Numbered from the stretch's first letter, positions 28,434 through 42,689 are shown. The stretch: DNA of 64,000 nt from Callorhinchus milii (GCF_018977255.1 NW_024704743.1:86926001-86990000); one strand, 5' to 3'. Translations and numbers: made by a program. The notes: generated by a model not told the origin, from the sequence alone.

Positions 28434-28688
28434 TACAGGGGGAGAAAATCCACTTCAATCTAGATTTACTCTATTTGCTTAGCATTTCTGAGCATCCAGA
28501 ATTTGGCAAATAGTTGAATTCAATCGTAACATTGAAATTGGCTTCTGTAGCTCTCAAAAAAACCTTATGGAAAACCTGCAGAAAACTGAAAATTAAGACG
28601 GTGTTTTAAGAATTTGCAAAATTCTGGATGCTCTGAGATGCTTATGAAATAGAATAAATATCGACCAAGAGGGAATTCTACCCTATAG
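28434..28688. mobile_element. Degenerate MITE/fold-back element with ~80-bp terminal inverted repeats
   Basis: Left ...atttactctatttgcttagcatttctgagcatccagaatttggcaaat pairs with right atttgcaaaattctggatgctctgagatgcttatgaaatagaataaat; termini tacaggg...ccctata. Confidence 0.7.
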
Positions 28689-29744
28689 TAAATAAAGCTT
28701 TTTCAAACTGAATTCAATGTAGTTTTGGTACTCAGCCACTTACTACAAAAGATGTCACTCTATTCCTTGACATTAAAATGAAAACCTCAGGCTCACAAAA
28801 CCTAGAAGCTGTAAGAATAGCCAATGCAAACCATGCACCATAGCAGACAGCTTAAAGGAGTCAACCACCCTTACACTGACATCAACAACAGCAAGCTTGC
28901 AATCTCTAGAAACGACTGATCAATGCCAAAGAAGAATGCCTTTGAGGCAGTGGAAATATCAAAAACAATCTGATGTTGGGGACTTTCACACCATTGCACT
29001 GTCACAATAATCCTTATATAATTTTCAGATTTTCTGTGCTTATATGGAACTCTCGGTTGTTCGGTTTGGATACTCTTAAGCGGAGTGCATATGTCAGGCA
29101 TGCAGCTGAACAAAAAACATATATTGATTTTTTAATGGGAAATAATTTACAATTACTACTTGGATGCTCAATAGTATATCTAATGGATTATATATTATAA
29201 CCATTCAACTCTTTCTCCATTAACATGCATTAACAGAACAAAAAGTAACTTGATTATTTATCTGACTTTAGCCTGTTACAACGTCACTGGAATTCCTAAT
29301 TATACAATAAATATAACAATACTTATCCAGCAAAAACAGCAGGAAAATTAGTGGTAATGAAAAATGAGCATAATAATAGATTTTCCTAAAAGTCAATTAT
29401 TTATTGGCGCGACAGGCATCTTATTCTTAACTAGATGATATATGTCTTATTGATTGTGGTGGCATGAGCTTTGAATGGAGTTTCGTCATTAATAAGCTCA
29501 CGTTGTAAATTTATCAAAGCATATAAATGTGTTCTTCCACCAAGGTCACAACATTAAAAAAAAGTTTTGTTTATTGGCGAGCTTTGGGCTCATCAAGGCA
29601 AGAAAGTGCGGGGGAAGGGGCGGCGGGGGGGGGTTTAAGATGACCGAAAGTGCAGTCAAACAATAGGTCTTTAAGAAATGGCTTGATCCTGTAAGATGGG
29701 AGAGAATCGGGTGCATATTCTTTAAGAATATGATTTAATTATTT

Positions 29745-29867
29745 TGTAATAGAGCCCCACAATCAACAGATAGTGGAGATTATCATCTCATCCGCTCGGA
29801 CCAGATTCAAACCCAATGTCCAAAATTGAAAGGCCAGTGTTTAACCTCCTGCACTACTAGGTCCCCA
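29745..29867 (-). mobile_element. Isolated tRNA-like SINE head
   Basis: Minus strand ggggacctagtagtgcaggaggttaaacactggcctttc...gggtttgaatc shows A/B-box spacing without an intact cloverleaf. Confidence 0.45.
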
Positions 29868-32800
29868 GGACACATATCTTCAAATAATAGCGGGATGGTC
29901 GATTGGTGCTGCAATCTGCAGTTCTCAGCACAAGCTGCCAAAATACATCTGTTATGGGCGGAAAATAGAGACTCCACACCACCTCCAGACTTTTGGCTCA
30001 TGAGTGATATTCACAAAGGTTTAGAAGTAGATTGTGAATTTTTCAAAACAAATCATGGGCTTACTTTAATCTTAAAGATGAACACAAATTATGATTTTTA
30101 CACCACAGTAAATAAAAATAGATTTGGTTTTAATTTTAATCGGGATTTATCTTTTTCAAAGTAAAATGTTTAGTCTCCTCTATTGTACCTATTTCCTCTT
30201 CTCATATATTTGCGGTTAATAGTCACAGATATCTTCCCCCAAATCCAACTGTTAAACTATGTGTTCTGCATCTTTAATAAGACTTATTTACTTGGTAGTC
30301 GTATCTTCAATAAACAAATCCTACTGTTTGTAATAAGCATTTTGTTAAAATTTTAAGCTCTTTTACATAAGAAGAAAATATGCTTTTTTCTGATTCTCAG
30401 CTGTGAGAAACAGCCTGCATAAATTACAATTATTTTTCAAAAACATTGCGTGGAACATTGCGATAGTATTAACAGCTATTACCAAAGACTGATTTTACAT
30501 TTGATGTTCATGGCACTGCAAAGAGTATTAGTGAGTCTTCCCCACAAACAAAAAGTCAAAAAGCAGATTCTGCAGGACATTTCTGAAGTTCCCAAAGCCA
30601 GATGTGACTGAAATCACAGATGTTAAATATTCTTTGAAGTTACAGGTGCTTTTTCACAGTCCAGAACAGACACTGCCTTTATAAATCATTAGCTTTGTTT
30701 ACAAAAATGCAAATAAACCCCATGTCTTTCCCAAACAAAAACTCTTCCAAATATTTTCCTTCCCTCACCTCTTTCCCCAGTAAAGAATACCCCGGTTTAT
30801 TATTATTACACTGAAACAATTTTGATTTCATGTGAAGTCCCAACAAACTCTCCGAAACATAGGTTAATGTTATTAGCAACCATGAGAAGAGTTTCAAAGC
30901 AACTGGTTTAAGACCCATTCTTCAATAATTCTAATAATATTCACAGTGTCACCAAGCCAAAAGCGAAGAGAAAAATAAGATTTTCAAAACCTTGATTGTC
31001 AGATTGCACGGCCTGACACAAATGCTTAATAGCTCTTTCAGTCTGTGGCTTTCTGGTTCTTTTTCTCTCGCTTTGCTTTAAACCGCATAAAACATTTTCT
31101 CTGCTGCACAAAAGGTCTTTGTGCCACAATATGGGCCTGTTTATAGGCCATTGCAAAATATACCAAACTACAGTACAGGAAAAGGACATTCGACCCATCC
31201 AGTCTGCAATGGTGTTTTTCTCAACATGAGCCATTAGATCTAACCCCACTCTCCTGCTCACTCCCCAACACCCTTTAAATATTCTTTTTTGAGGATCTGG
31301 CAAATTCCCTTTCAAGCCACGATTGAAAGGAGATGAAAGCAAGGCTTTGTCCAATACTTTTTTTTCTGAATTGGATTAGGATAATGAAATAAAATATCCT
31401 TTCGAAACTTGATTTCTTTTATTTTATTCTTTGTCAGATACAGCGAAACACAGGCATTTTCACACAAAGGGAAGCCCTTCAGCTCATCATGTCTGCCACT
31501 GTTCCCCGTTTTCCTAAGTCGGTCTTTATTATTAATTCCTATTAACACTCTATGACAATGCTTTGCTGTTCCAAAGCCCAAATTCCTCCAGTGCATACAT
31601 ACCTTTAAAATTTTTGCTCGCACTTTCTTTTTTATCCTCTTATTTTTGCTTCAAACCCTCCCACTCCATGTGTTATTCTTCTGCTGAGATGATGGGCAAT
31701 GAGGCATACTATTCCCAAGCCATTACAAATGCCATTCTTAAGCCAGCTGCCAAGAAATGTGGAAGTGTGGCTTGAAGCAACTCATCCAATATTTTTTCCT
31801 GCCTCCCTACGGGGAAGTCCTGAGTCTCTGTTTAGAATCTGCTCCCGATGTCTTGGCTGAGGTCTGCGATTCGCCATTTGGGGAATAACAGATGATTTGC
31901 ACACGCTATTCAGATAGTGATGGCATTTGATACAAAGAAGCTGTAAAATTACATATTTTCACCAACTACCTTTTAAAGTCATATCAACCACCAATAATAA
32001 TCAGAAATTTGCTTTATAATCGTCACCAGGTTATAATTTTGATTGCATGTCCTGAAATATTTAGACAAGATAATCTTGGATAAATGCCTCAAACAATATA
32101 GGTAAATGCCTCCAAGTTATCTATTCATCTCTCTAAATAGATCTTATTTTCTTTGTGCTCAGGGCATATGTTGTTTCTTTGATTTCCTTTGAAATGAACT
32201 AGAAAATAATACGTGCTTTCGATACAATAGAGTGTAGTGGTAGCTTTTACACAGCCTGCGGTCTCACATTATTTGACATATGGTGATGCTTGACCGTGTT
32301 TTGTGTTCACAGTTCTCTCGTCCCTCACTGCTTCTGTTAAATTCTCTTGGTGGAAAAGAACCAATTAATTTTGCCCAGTCTTCATGTCAAGCTCTGCCTC
32401 TGAAAGGAATAGGTATGGTTGTTATGGTTCTGCCATGGGGCAATGCAAAGAAAGACACCTCCTTAGGAGAACGAAGCCTACAGGTGACTTGGTTAATGCA
32501 TACAGGAAACTTCCTTGAATTATTTTTCTATTCACAGTATTTCAAGAACAATGACATTCAAACTACTCACATTTATTTATGATACTGCGCAATACTACAG
32601 GCAAAATGGGCAGCTGTGCAACAGAAGCTACAGCAGGAGGCAAGATTTAGTGCTATGGCACCAATCCAGAGATGTGATTCATACTTTGTACAAAATATTT
32701 CAAAAGGATTGCGATGACTGACCTTAAAGATACAGTGTTCCTTCCTTTGGCCTAATTAAAATTCACACTTCTCGATTTAATTTTCAACAAGTTAATGTCA

Positions 32801-35800
32801 CCGCCATTCTTGGTACACTCACGATACATCGTGAGGCATTGGTTACGTGGATATGATGCGGACGTACACTGTGTACCATGTGTAAATGGTATTGAGTGAA
32901 GTCAACAACCATGCAATGTTGTTAATCGGTCCAAATCAACCATTCTACCAGACTGGGATGAAACCCCTTTCAACAAAGCAACTGAGTTTTCCTTGATCTG
33001 AAAGTGAGCGCCAATTGCAGAACGGAAATTGCTACGATAAACAAGATTATAATTGCAGTCATAATTTGAGATTCGGTTCATATTTTGTATCTTTCAGGAG
33101 AACTAAAAAATGTTAAATTAACTTACCAATCAAAAATATTGTAGACTATGGTACCCAACATCAGTCAAACACACTCATTAGAGCCTAGTTATAATGAACA
33201 CAAAATACTGTAAATAAATAACGTACTAATACCTCGCAGATAGCATGTACACACAGAATTGCTGAGGAAGATGATAAGAAATAATGTCAAGGGAGTAAAC
33301 CCAAAAAGCAAACAGATTATTTAGATAATAATAATATAATAATAATAAAAGCTGAAACTGTAATTGCAGCATATGATAGGACACTGAGCCATGTAGACCC
33401 AGGAAGATCCTATGTGTAATGCCTGATCTGAATTTACTGACAGGAATTTACTGGCAGGAAGTTTGGAGTCTTCAGATGGACTTGATATCCTGGGAAGATA
33501 GAAAATGACCAGAGATTCAACTTGATCACTACCCTGTGCCCTACCAAAAATAATAACAGAAATAATGACAGGATTTGACTGGACCATGCACCAGCTTGTG
33601 TTATTGCATTCAGGAAAGGACTAGTGATAATTCTGAGAAAATGTGGTGAAAATGTCAAAACCAGGTCCTGAAATATAGAATCATCAACACTACGCCAGGT
33701 TACAGAATAGCACGTAAAGTACTACAACTCAACCCGCTCATGGTACAGAATAGATAATCCGACAGTGTATTATCAACGTAACATCTCTCTTGACCTTAAA
33801 CTGTTTTCCAAATGTCCTATCTCCCTCCCACCTCATGTCAGTTGTGGATTAAGGGTGCAGATTTGTGTAACAAACTGAAGTCCAGTGAGAGCTGAGCTAC
33901 TGCTTCGCATGTCTCTTAGGAGCATTAACAGCTGTTAAAGACTGGAGACGTTCTCTCATCTGCTTCGGTCACATTTGCATTCAAACTCAGGTTTCAAAGA
34001 TGAAAAAATATTTTGTCAGCATACTGCCCTTCAGTCTCCTGAGAAATTTAATTTTGTTTATATCTATAATTTTAATAGTAATAACCTTTAAATTTGATAT
34101 AGGGCCTTTCAAGTCCGGAGTAAAGTGAAGTGACTGTGTATTTTGTGGGTGCCTATTAAAAACAGTCAGTAAACACATTTCGGCAGGAATCTACGTAACA
34201 TAATAAAAGGAAGAGGTTGATTTATATCGCAATGCAGTGCTTCAAGACAACTCTCCATACTCAATTCTTCAAAAATATTCTTGTTGAAATAATTTTACAC
34301 CAGCACCAGGTTAGAACTGGTCACAAATGACTCAATTTTCAAACTGATTTATAACCAGAACAAATTAGGCAAGTTTAGTTTTAATAGCAATCAAATTGCA
34401 CGTTCTAGACTCAGATTATAAATTGGATGTGCAATATTTCTATGTTCTACAACACTGGAAGCTGCACTTCAGTGCAGAGATTGTGGACAATCCTGTATTA
34501 AAATCTGCTTGTTTTACCCTCAAATTGAACAGTCTGACTCTGTAACATCTGTTTCGAAATGCATGGGCATTCCAGGTCACATGATTCAATCCAAAGTAAT
34601 GTTCTTGGCCCCCGGTTACACTGAATAATATCAACAGAAAAGCNTTTTTTTATCAAAACAGCCCTAAAGTCATCACAGACCCATCCAATTACCAATGGAC
34701 TCCAGTTAAATCAGAAGGATCAAATGTGCAGCGCAGGAACTTCTATCACTCTGGGAAAGCACTTGAAATTATTGGAGTGAGTAAATTGAGCCCCTGTGAC
34801 TGAAGTATTTTGTGCCGCAGTGACAGCTTCTCAAATGCTGCCGTAAACAATGAAGTATAAATTAAAGCAGCAAACATCAGATTATCCATATCCGATTATC
34901 CAGAGACCAAGCGCTATTTTTATCTCAATTAAAACATTTTCACATTACGCAAACTCTGAGCTTGTCTCAATTATTCAAATCTCCTTATTACACAGCCTCA
35001 CATTTTCCCCTCACATACGGCATTTGTGCTAAAAAAAGAAAACCAGCGTCTTGGTTATCGAAGCCTATTTTATGTCTCCTGAGTTCAGATCATTTGACCT
35101 TCACTTTCCCCCACCCACCTTCCTAACCACCACCACGGAAAACTTAACAACAACAACTTGCATTTGTATATAGCCCTTCACACGGGGCAGGGTCTCGGAG
35201 GGCTAAAAGCACACTGATCGTAGAAATGCAAATGGCAACGTTTTCCAATTGCCTCTTGCAAAATCAGAAGCACATCCTGAGTGCCTTTTCCATACGTACT
35301 TCTGTACAATTTTGCTGTACACTGAAGCAATTGCTGAATTCCAGGATCTGCCCACTGAACTCAAAACTACCTTAGTCCAAGTGTTCTCATTTCTCTTATT
35401 GAAAGACAGATGTGAGCAAGAGCACCCTGAAGTATCCGAAGTATCTATTACAGCTGACTTGTCATGAGTGTTGGTCTGTTATAGAATGAAAGTGCCCCCC
35501 CACCCCACCACCACAGACACACAGGTGAATAGCCTGTATAACACGAATAATTTACATTTATATATTGCCTTTCATGTCAGAAGGACATCTCAAATGCATC
35601 ACAGCTGACTGGTAATCCAAGCTGGGAGGGAATGGGGGAATGATCAAAAACACACTCAAAAATATAGATCTTATGACAGGTTTTGGAGGTGGATAGAGAG
35701 GAGGATTGGCTGTAAGACTCCAGGATGGAACATGAAGCAATAAGCAATAATTACAGTAATGTAGACAATATGGTAGTGGTGGACAAACCCATGGCCGGTA

Positions 35801-37354
35801 GAACATCCACAATTGTCCAGGTGAGTCTGTTCTAAATCAATAGCGTGTTTGCAGGTTTTCTTGTGTATTGTGATGTATTGTATTGGCCGACCCAAAAGAT
35901 GGACCACTACTGCAGTATGGAGGTGATTTTCTCCTGGTTTATGAGATCTTACAATGGGAAAATCCTGTGATAAGTTCCCACTCCCTTACTCAATAAAATT
36001 AGTGCCGAACGCATATTAACATGCGTTACCAAGGTTGGTAAATTTTCAGACAATTCGTAAATTGCCCTCTTCTGCCTGTCTGCCTATACTCAGATATGAA
36101 GAATGGCTGTAATGTAGTAAAGGGTGACCAGTGCCTTAGTGACACTCTGTAAGATGAGTCACAGCCTTCAGAAGAGGAAGAGAGAATATTGGAGACGGGC
36201 GACTAAGAAAATATAAAAAATCTGAAAAGTTCACACTTTTCAAAGTTCAGGTGAACAAGGGATCGAGTTGCAATTAATAAATAAATTAAACTTTGGAGCA
36301 TTTAAACTGACATTTGCAGGTCACCAAATGAAAATAATCTCTGAAATTCTCCAAGTTTGGAAGTATTTTATTCACAAAGTCAAGATATCTTAAACCCTAT
36401 AATTTCCTCATAAATATAGAAGTGACCTTTACTTTATTAGTAAATTTGGAGTGTTTAGTGCTGTTTAATCTTTAGGATGTTTAAGCAATGATTGATTTTC
36501 CTTTTTAAATAGATTACTGATTTTTCCAGCCAGTTGTTACAATGGTGAAGTATAGGAAACCATAAGATTATAATGATCTATTTAATCTTAGTGATTCCAA
36601 ACAATGAAACTAAATACAAGCAGAACACTGTGTAACCACACTCTGACTATTGGCTTGTCCACTTAATCCCATCAAGTGCCGATGAGGAATTGAAGTCAGA
36701 CTGCAATGTGGACAACATTTGACACGCACACAGTTAGGGGAGCTACAAAGAGGGAGAGAAAAACACACAGATATTTAGTGAGGTGCAGAAAGAGAGAGAC
36801 ACACATACACTTAAACAGTTAGAGACAAGTAGAGAGAGAGAGACACACACACACACATACACAGACAGTTAGAGCAGAGCAAAAAGAGATATACACACAT
36901 GCATATAGAATTAGAGAGGAGCAGAGAGAGAGGAAAGCATGCTGACAGAGAGATCCCGGAGAGGAGAGGAAGAGGGAGCAGAGAGGAAGGAAGGAGAGGA
37001 ATGTTTTCCTCGGGAAAGCAACTAATCAAGAGCTAAATGGTGGGGATGGATAAATTAGTATGGATTTCTGTTTGATTAGCATTGTGTGTTAGGACGTATT
37101 TAAATAGAACGTTCTCTCACAACCCTATCTCCAATTTGGATTCCTTGATCGATTCTGCTCTATGTATCCTTCTACAGTCAATGGTGAGGGAACATTCCTA
37201 TTGACATTGCCATAGCAGTTATAGAATTAAATCACCTCTGATTTTCCAAACAGAAAACAAATTGAGACAGACATTGGCAGTTTGTTCTCCCCCCTCCCAG
37301 CTGGTAAGTCTTATTTCATGTTAGTTCATGTTAATTAAGTAACAATTGTTTCTT

Positions 37355-37745
37355 ATAATAACCCTTGTATTTAATATACGTTGTGCATTGTCACGTCATT
37401 GAGATGTCTCAAAGTGCTTCACAGAATTTGCTGTACAGTGCAGCGACTGTATATTGCAGGCAAAATGCAGCAGCCAATTTGCACATAGTAAAGCCCCGCA
37501 AACAGTCAAGAAGCGAATAACCAATCTTATCTGCTGGATTGTTGATTAGAACATCAGAACAGGCAGAAAAGACCGTGGTTTAACATCTCATCCTAAGGAT
37601 AGCACCTCTGTCAAAGCAGCGACTCCACCCCCTCCTCCCGGGACTGTATTGGAGCATCAACCTGGACTGGGAATTCAAAATCCTAATGTGGGGCTTGAGC
37701 CCATAGCTTTCTGAGTTAGAGGTAAAAGTGCTACCAACTGATAAC
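37355..37745 (-). mobile_element. Deu-domain SINE
   Basis: Tail, core (ttaacatctcatcctaaggatagcacctctg) and head (aaagtgctaccaactg) are all present. Confidence 0.75.
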
Positions 37746-39339
37746 AAGAGTGGACGTAATGCAGCAGACTAAATTACAGCCAGGATTGCATTTTCTGTTC
37801 TCTCCCCCGCCCCCAGTCAATAGTCATAATCTAATAAACAATGGGGACAACTCATGGGGACTATGTATCACTGGTCAATCCATAATAAAAACCTTGCTTG
37901 ATCTTGAGAATAATATAGATTTCAAAAAACTCTTTTCAAACAAATATTACACTTCATATCTATGAGAACTGACAGCATCAGATTACAGTGGTATTTCACG
38001 TTAGCTTTAATTATAACCAAAATTACGGATGTTCCATCATAAATGTCCGTCCACACAATACTAAGGGAAAGTTTCTATTTCCAGATGACAGCACTGTGCA
38101 ATGCAGAAATACTCTTCTAGTGCCCCACTCCCATAGAATCTTTCATGAAACATTCAAAGTGAAAACAGGAAGTGCATTTTATTATTCATACATTCCCACT
38201 TTCAGAATGGCTGCAGCACAATCCCTGAAAATAGTTGCAGATAGCTCCCAGTACTTGTGGCTAAATCCTGCGCTTATCACAGTAAGGGAGAATATTAAGC
38301 AATGGAATTCTGTGTTCTCCATACACACAGTTTAACTAACATCCATAGTTTGAGTAAACTATTGACCAGATAAAGGCTGAAGCTTCCTTTACGCTCTCCA
38401 AAGGCTAAGCATAAACACTCTCCTCAGAGGGGTACCCCTGACTGGTGTCATGTGACACTGTCATTTCTCACACAATCTGCAGTTTTACTGAGATTACCTA
38501 ATTTGTGCCAATTAGAGCTGATTTATGGCAGGTTCTGTGCTGTGGACTCATGGACAAAACTCACTCAACTGATACAATGAGTTACAGCAGCCCTGGGACT
38601 CCAACTTGTCACCTTCTGGTTCAGAGTCAAGTACTCAACCACTTCAGCGACCAAGCACCAATTACCCAAACACTCAATAAATTACAAGCGGATGTGTTTA
38701 TGGCCGCTGTGTGTGTAAGTGATAGCTGACCAGTGGCTCTACAATCATTTGTACAATCATGCATGTGACAGAATGTCCTCAACTACTGCACGATTGCTAT
38801 AAACCGGCAGCACATGTACAACCTACTCTCAATGTTAAAGATCCCATTCGGCCCATCGTGTCTGTACCTGCTCTTTAAAAAGAGCAATCCTCCAGATAAA
38901 ATTGGTCATTACCTTCATGGCTGTTTATGGGGCACTTCTGTGCATACATTGGCTGATTGGGGTTGTCTACAAGTAAACAGTCACTACACTTTATAAGAAA
39001 TCCTGTGAAGTGCCTTGAGATGATTCAGTGATGTGATAAGATACTATACCAAAAACAGAATTATTTATTATAATTTAAGAAATGAATAATTTGAGCTCGC
39101 TAGTATCTGTGGGGAGTATTTTTATCTCTTTACTCAGTATTGCCTAATGCTGAACTGATTAATGAAAGGGATCAATTATATTTGAATTATTTTATCACTG
39201 AGTATTTACTTGCAGGCACCTGTTTGCCAAAAACAATGCTCAGATTTGTAGGAATTGTTTCTCCCTCTTCCCACATTAATGCAAATATTTTTATTTTATG
39301 GTGTGTTTATCAAAATAATCAAATACAATGCAAAGATTA

Positions 39340-39688
39340 TAATTATAATGCTCCTTATATTTGATACAGCATCACATCATCAAAATGTCTCAAAGTGCTT
39401 CACAAGATCTTAATATAAAGAGTCATGATTATGTATTTGTAGCCAATCGCAGCAGCAAATTTATGCCCATCAATGGCCCACAAACAGCCATGAGGTAATG
39501 TCCAATTTTATCTGCAGGATTGTTAGCCAGGACACCGAGAGAAACTCCCTCCTCTTTTCAATTAGTGTCATGGGATCTTTAATGTCCGTATAAACAAGCA
39601 GGGGGCTCGGATTAATGTCTCATTTGAAGAACCGCACCTCTGATAACGCAGTGCACCCCCAATACTGCACTGCAGTGTTCGCCTAGAC
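39340..39688 (-). mobile_element. Deu-domain SINE lacking its head
   Basis: gccaggacaccgagagaaactccc...gtcatgggatctttaatgtcc...gcacctctgataacgcagtgcacccccaatactgcactgcagtg. Confidence 0.75.
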
Positions 39689-41043
39689 CAGTGGTGGTCA
39701 ATTATTTTGGGTGGGCAATAAAATAAATTTGCTTGATTAAATATTTCTTGATTTATGGCATATAATTCAAGAAATATTCAATCGACAAACACCTGGAAAC
39801 ACACTACTGATCAAACACAGACTTACTGGTGCGAATGTTTGGGAGGACTCATCTTGACGGTTTGCAGTTTTAGTGTATAAGTAAGGTCTCAATTTTCTCC
39901 TGCATGGGTCACTACTACCACACTCATTTTTGTTCATGCAAAGCTGGTTATTAATCAGCAACCTTTTTGACTATCCTGATTGTTTATGAATAACAGATTT
40001 ATAATAACAGCAGGCATTATATTTGAAAGAAACAAAAACGGTACTACAAATGATGAGACAGATGAAACAACAGATTCAACCGCACAACAACTTGCATTTG
40101 TACATTTCTATTATATAGCTCTTTGTGTAGAATGACATTTCAGAGTACTTTATAATTGGTGGGTGTTGCATTCAGAGTCAAAAATGGCATAATAAGCAAC
40201 AAGCTTTTAAAATAAAAAATGTCACTACACTTGCCATTTCCTACTGCATTGAATGTCAGATGATCATCCAACAGTTGAATATAAAGTACCAACTGAAAAA
40301 TCACACTGCAAAACCCAGGCCATGAATTAACTCACCTAAAATGTAGAAACGTAAATATTTGGGCATTTAAGCTGACTTAGATACAAGACCATTTATTTGT
40401 ATCCCACTGTTTGAGATAATACCTTTGGTAAACCCTTTCATTGACTCAAACCAATTTCTAAATTCAGAAAGGATATTATCAGTAAGCTTTTAGCTCCTTA
40501 AAAAGAACTGTACATAACATCTGGTTAAGAATGGACAAGCAGGCTGTTAGCATTGATGTTGAGTCACTCTGTGGAATACATGGTTCCAATCTTGTTGGGA
40601 GTTTGAGATGCACTGCTTAGGATTCAATAATATAGATTGAAATGTCTGATTGATACTCTGCAGTGTTCGTTGAATGGGATGAGAAATTCTGGTATTCCTT
40701 GACATATTCTATTAATTATTAGAAAACAAGAAGGTAATTTCTCCCGAACTCAGGGCTGTTTGTAGAACATTGTCTTGAGTTGCTGAACTTTACTATAAAT
40801 CCCGTGAAATGCTTTGAGACATTGACAACTTGATAGGGTACTATAACTATAATTATTATAATTGTGATTCATTTTTTAAGGAACACTTTATTGAGAAAAC
40901 GCAGTTAAAATGACTCTTTTAAAAATATGTTCTTATCCACAGAGGTGAGCCCCCCACCTCATTTTTACTGAATAGTTTGGCCATCAGACTTCTCAAATTC
41001 AAAATCTCCACTTTTCTTTTAAACAAGTGAGGATCACACAGAC

Positions 41044-41187
41044 AAAAAACAAAGTCGCTGGGATCACTCAGCAGGTCAAGTAGCATCTATGGATAGATGT
41101 TCCATAGATACTGCCTGACCTGCTGAGTGTTCCCAGCGACTTCTGTTTTGGTTTTCAGATTTCCAGCATCTGCGGTATTTTGTGTTT
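41044..41187. mobile_element. Short fold-back insertion (Penelope-like terminal sequence) flanked by a 14-bp target-site duplication
   Basis: Inverted arms 41052-41093 and 41101-41142 (38/42 complementary, 7-nt loop). Flanks aggatcacacagac (41030-41043) and aggatcacatagac (41188-41201). The right part is homologous to 49262-49345. Confidence 0.75.
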
Positions 41188-42689
41188 AGGATCACATAGA
41201 CCTTTGTTACATAAAGCGGTGTTTCAACAATGTTATTGTATTAAAATTATGATCAAACGTTTCGATTAAAAATTAAAACTTGCTCTGGCAACCTGGAATA
41301 AAGGCCTCAGGGTCCTCAGTGGTACAACAACAAATTACATGTATATACCACATTTCATGTCAGGAGGACGTCCCAAGGCACTGGAGAGTCAGGGATCCGC
41401 ACCAGAGCTGGTGGTTGGGATCAGGGTAGGTGGAGGGTGGGGAGGGGAGGGGTAGGAGGATGACCAAAGGTAGAGTCAAAGAGGAGGGCTTTGAAATGGG
41501 TCTTGCGGCTATTTTGAACACGTCTAATAGGTGAAACCGTTGACCAGAAGTCAGTGAAGGGGAGGTTAGAGTGTTCAGTGCTATTATACCTGTTTAAGGG
41601 CAGATTTTAATTGCATTTTCTGCTGTGTTAATTATTAGTCTTTGTGATAATTATCAAATTACATAGCTCATTTTAACCCAATTTTCTAACCAATTTTAAG
41701 AGTTGGTTAGAAAAATAGGAAAAGGAAGAAGCCTTTCAGCCCATTGTGCCTGTTGTGTCAGTTTTTGATCTTAATCCCAATGTTCCAGCCTTCTGCCATT
41801 ATTCTTCTACAACCCATGTTTATGTCTTCTTTTTTAAACATCCATTGCCCTCATGAGTACCAAACAGTTGGAATCAAATTGCAATCAAAAGAGCAGACTG
41901 AATAGTTCAAAAGACCTTTTCTCATTTCAGACTTTCTTGCATTATTTTATTATTTCATCCTGTATTTGTTGTCATGTTTGACCCTTAAAAGCAGCTGGTA
42001 GTTTTGAATGATTGGTAGCTTGCAAAGCCCATTACCTTCCTGTAGTTTTACACTGCTATTTTTAAACTCTGTGCCCAATTGACAGAATTTTGGCCATTTT
42101 AATTTACAAAGCACACAAAGTAAACATTTGATTGAATAAGTACGCATTTATATTAAGTTACTCAAATAGTAAAACAAAGCATTAAAAATAACTATAACAG
42201 CCAGAACTTTATGCCATAATGGAAGATTTTCAATAAACAGAATCACCCAAGTGAAGAAAGCTGCACAAGAATTACTGCACCATGACCACAAGGAATACAA
42301 GATTAGAATACATCTTCATAACAGTGTACTATAGACATAGAAACACTTTTCTATCTGTACATTTTTTCCCATCATTTTTTGTAAATAAATGGCATGTAAC
42401 AGAGAACAGAGTGACAATAAATAGTTTATCCTACAAGTAAGGGTGGCTTATAGCCCACAAGAAAGGGTGTAATAATAGTCTTAATTTGTGGGAAAACATG
42501 CCTACTCAATGGTTCCCCATAACATATTCCATTTAGACCATGCACACAAATATTGGGAGATAAACTAGTTACACATCTACGAAAAAATAAAAGCAGATAG
42601 ACATTGGGACACTGTTTGACATGAATATAAGCGACAGAGCATCAAATGGCTATTTCTTAATGTTTGGGAGGAGTCAGATGGGCTGCAAA

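Noticed and set aside
34644..34644. Single ambiguous base (n)
   Set aside because: Assembly ambiguity next to a T run; no biological meaning.
39821..39965. Possible ZFPM exon 2 (open minus-strand frame ending at a GTAAGT donor)
   Set aside because: Weak acceptor, phase-0 end, and the peptide does not resemble the acidic FOG exon 2. A nearby cagtggtggtcaa (~39689) looks more like a hAT-type end. TBLASTN or RNA-seq would settle it.
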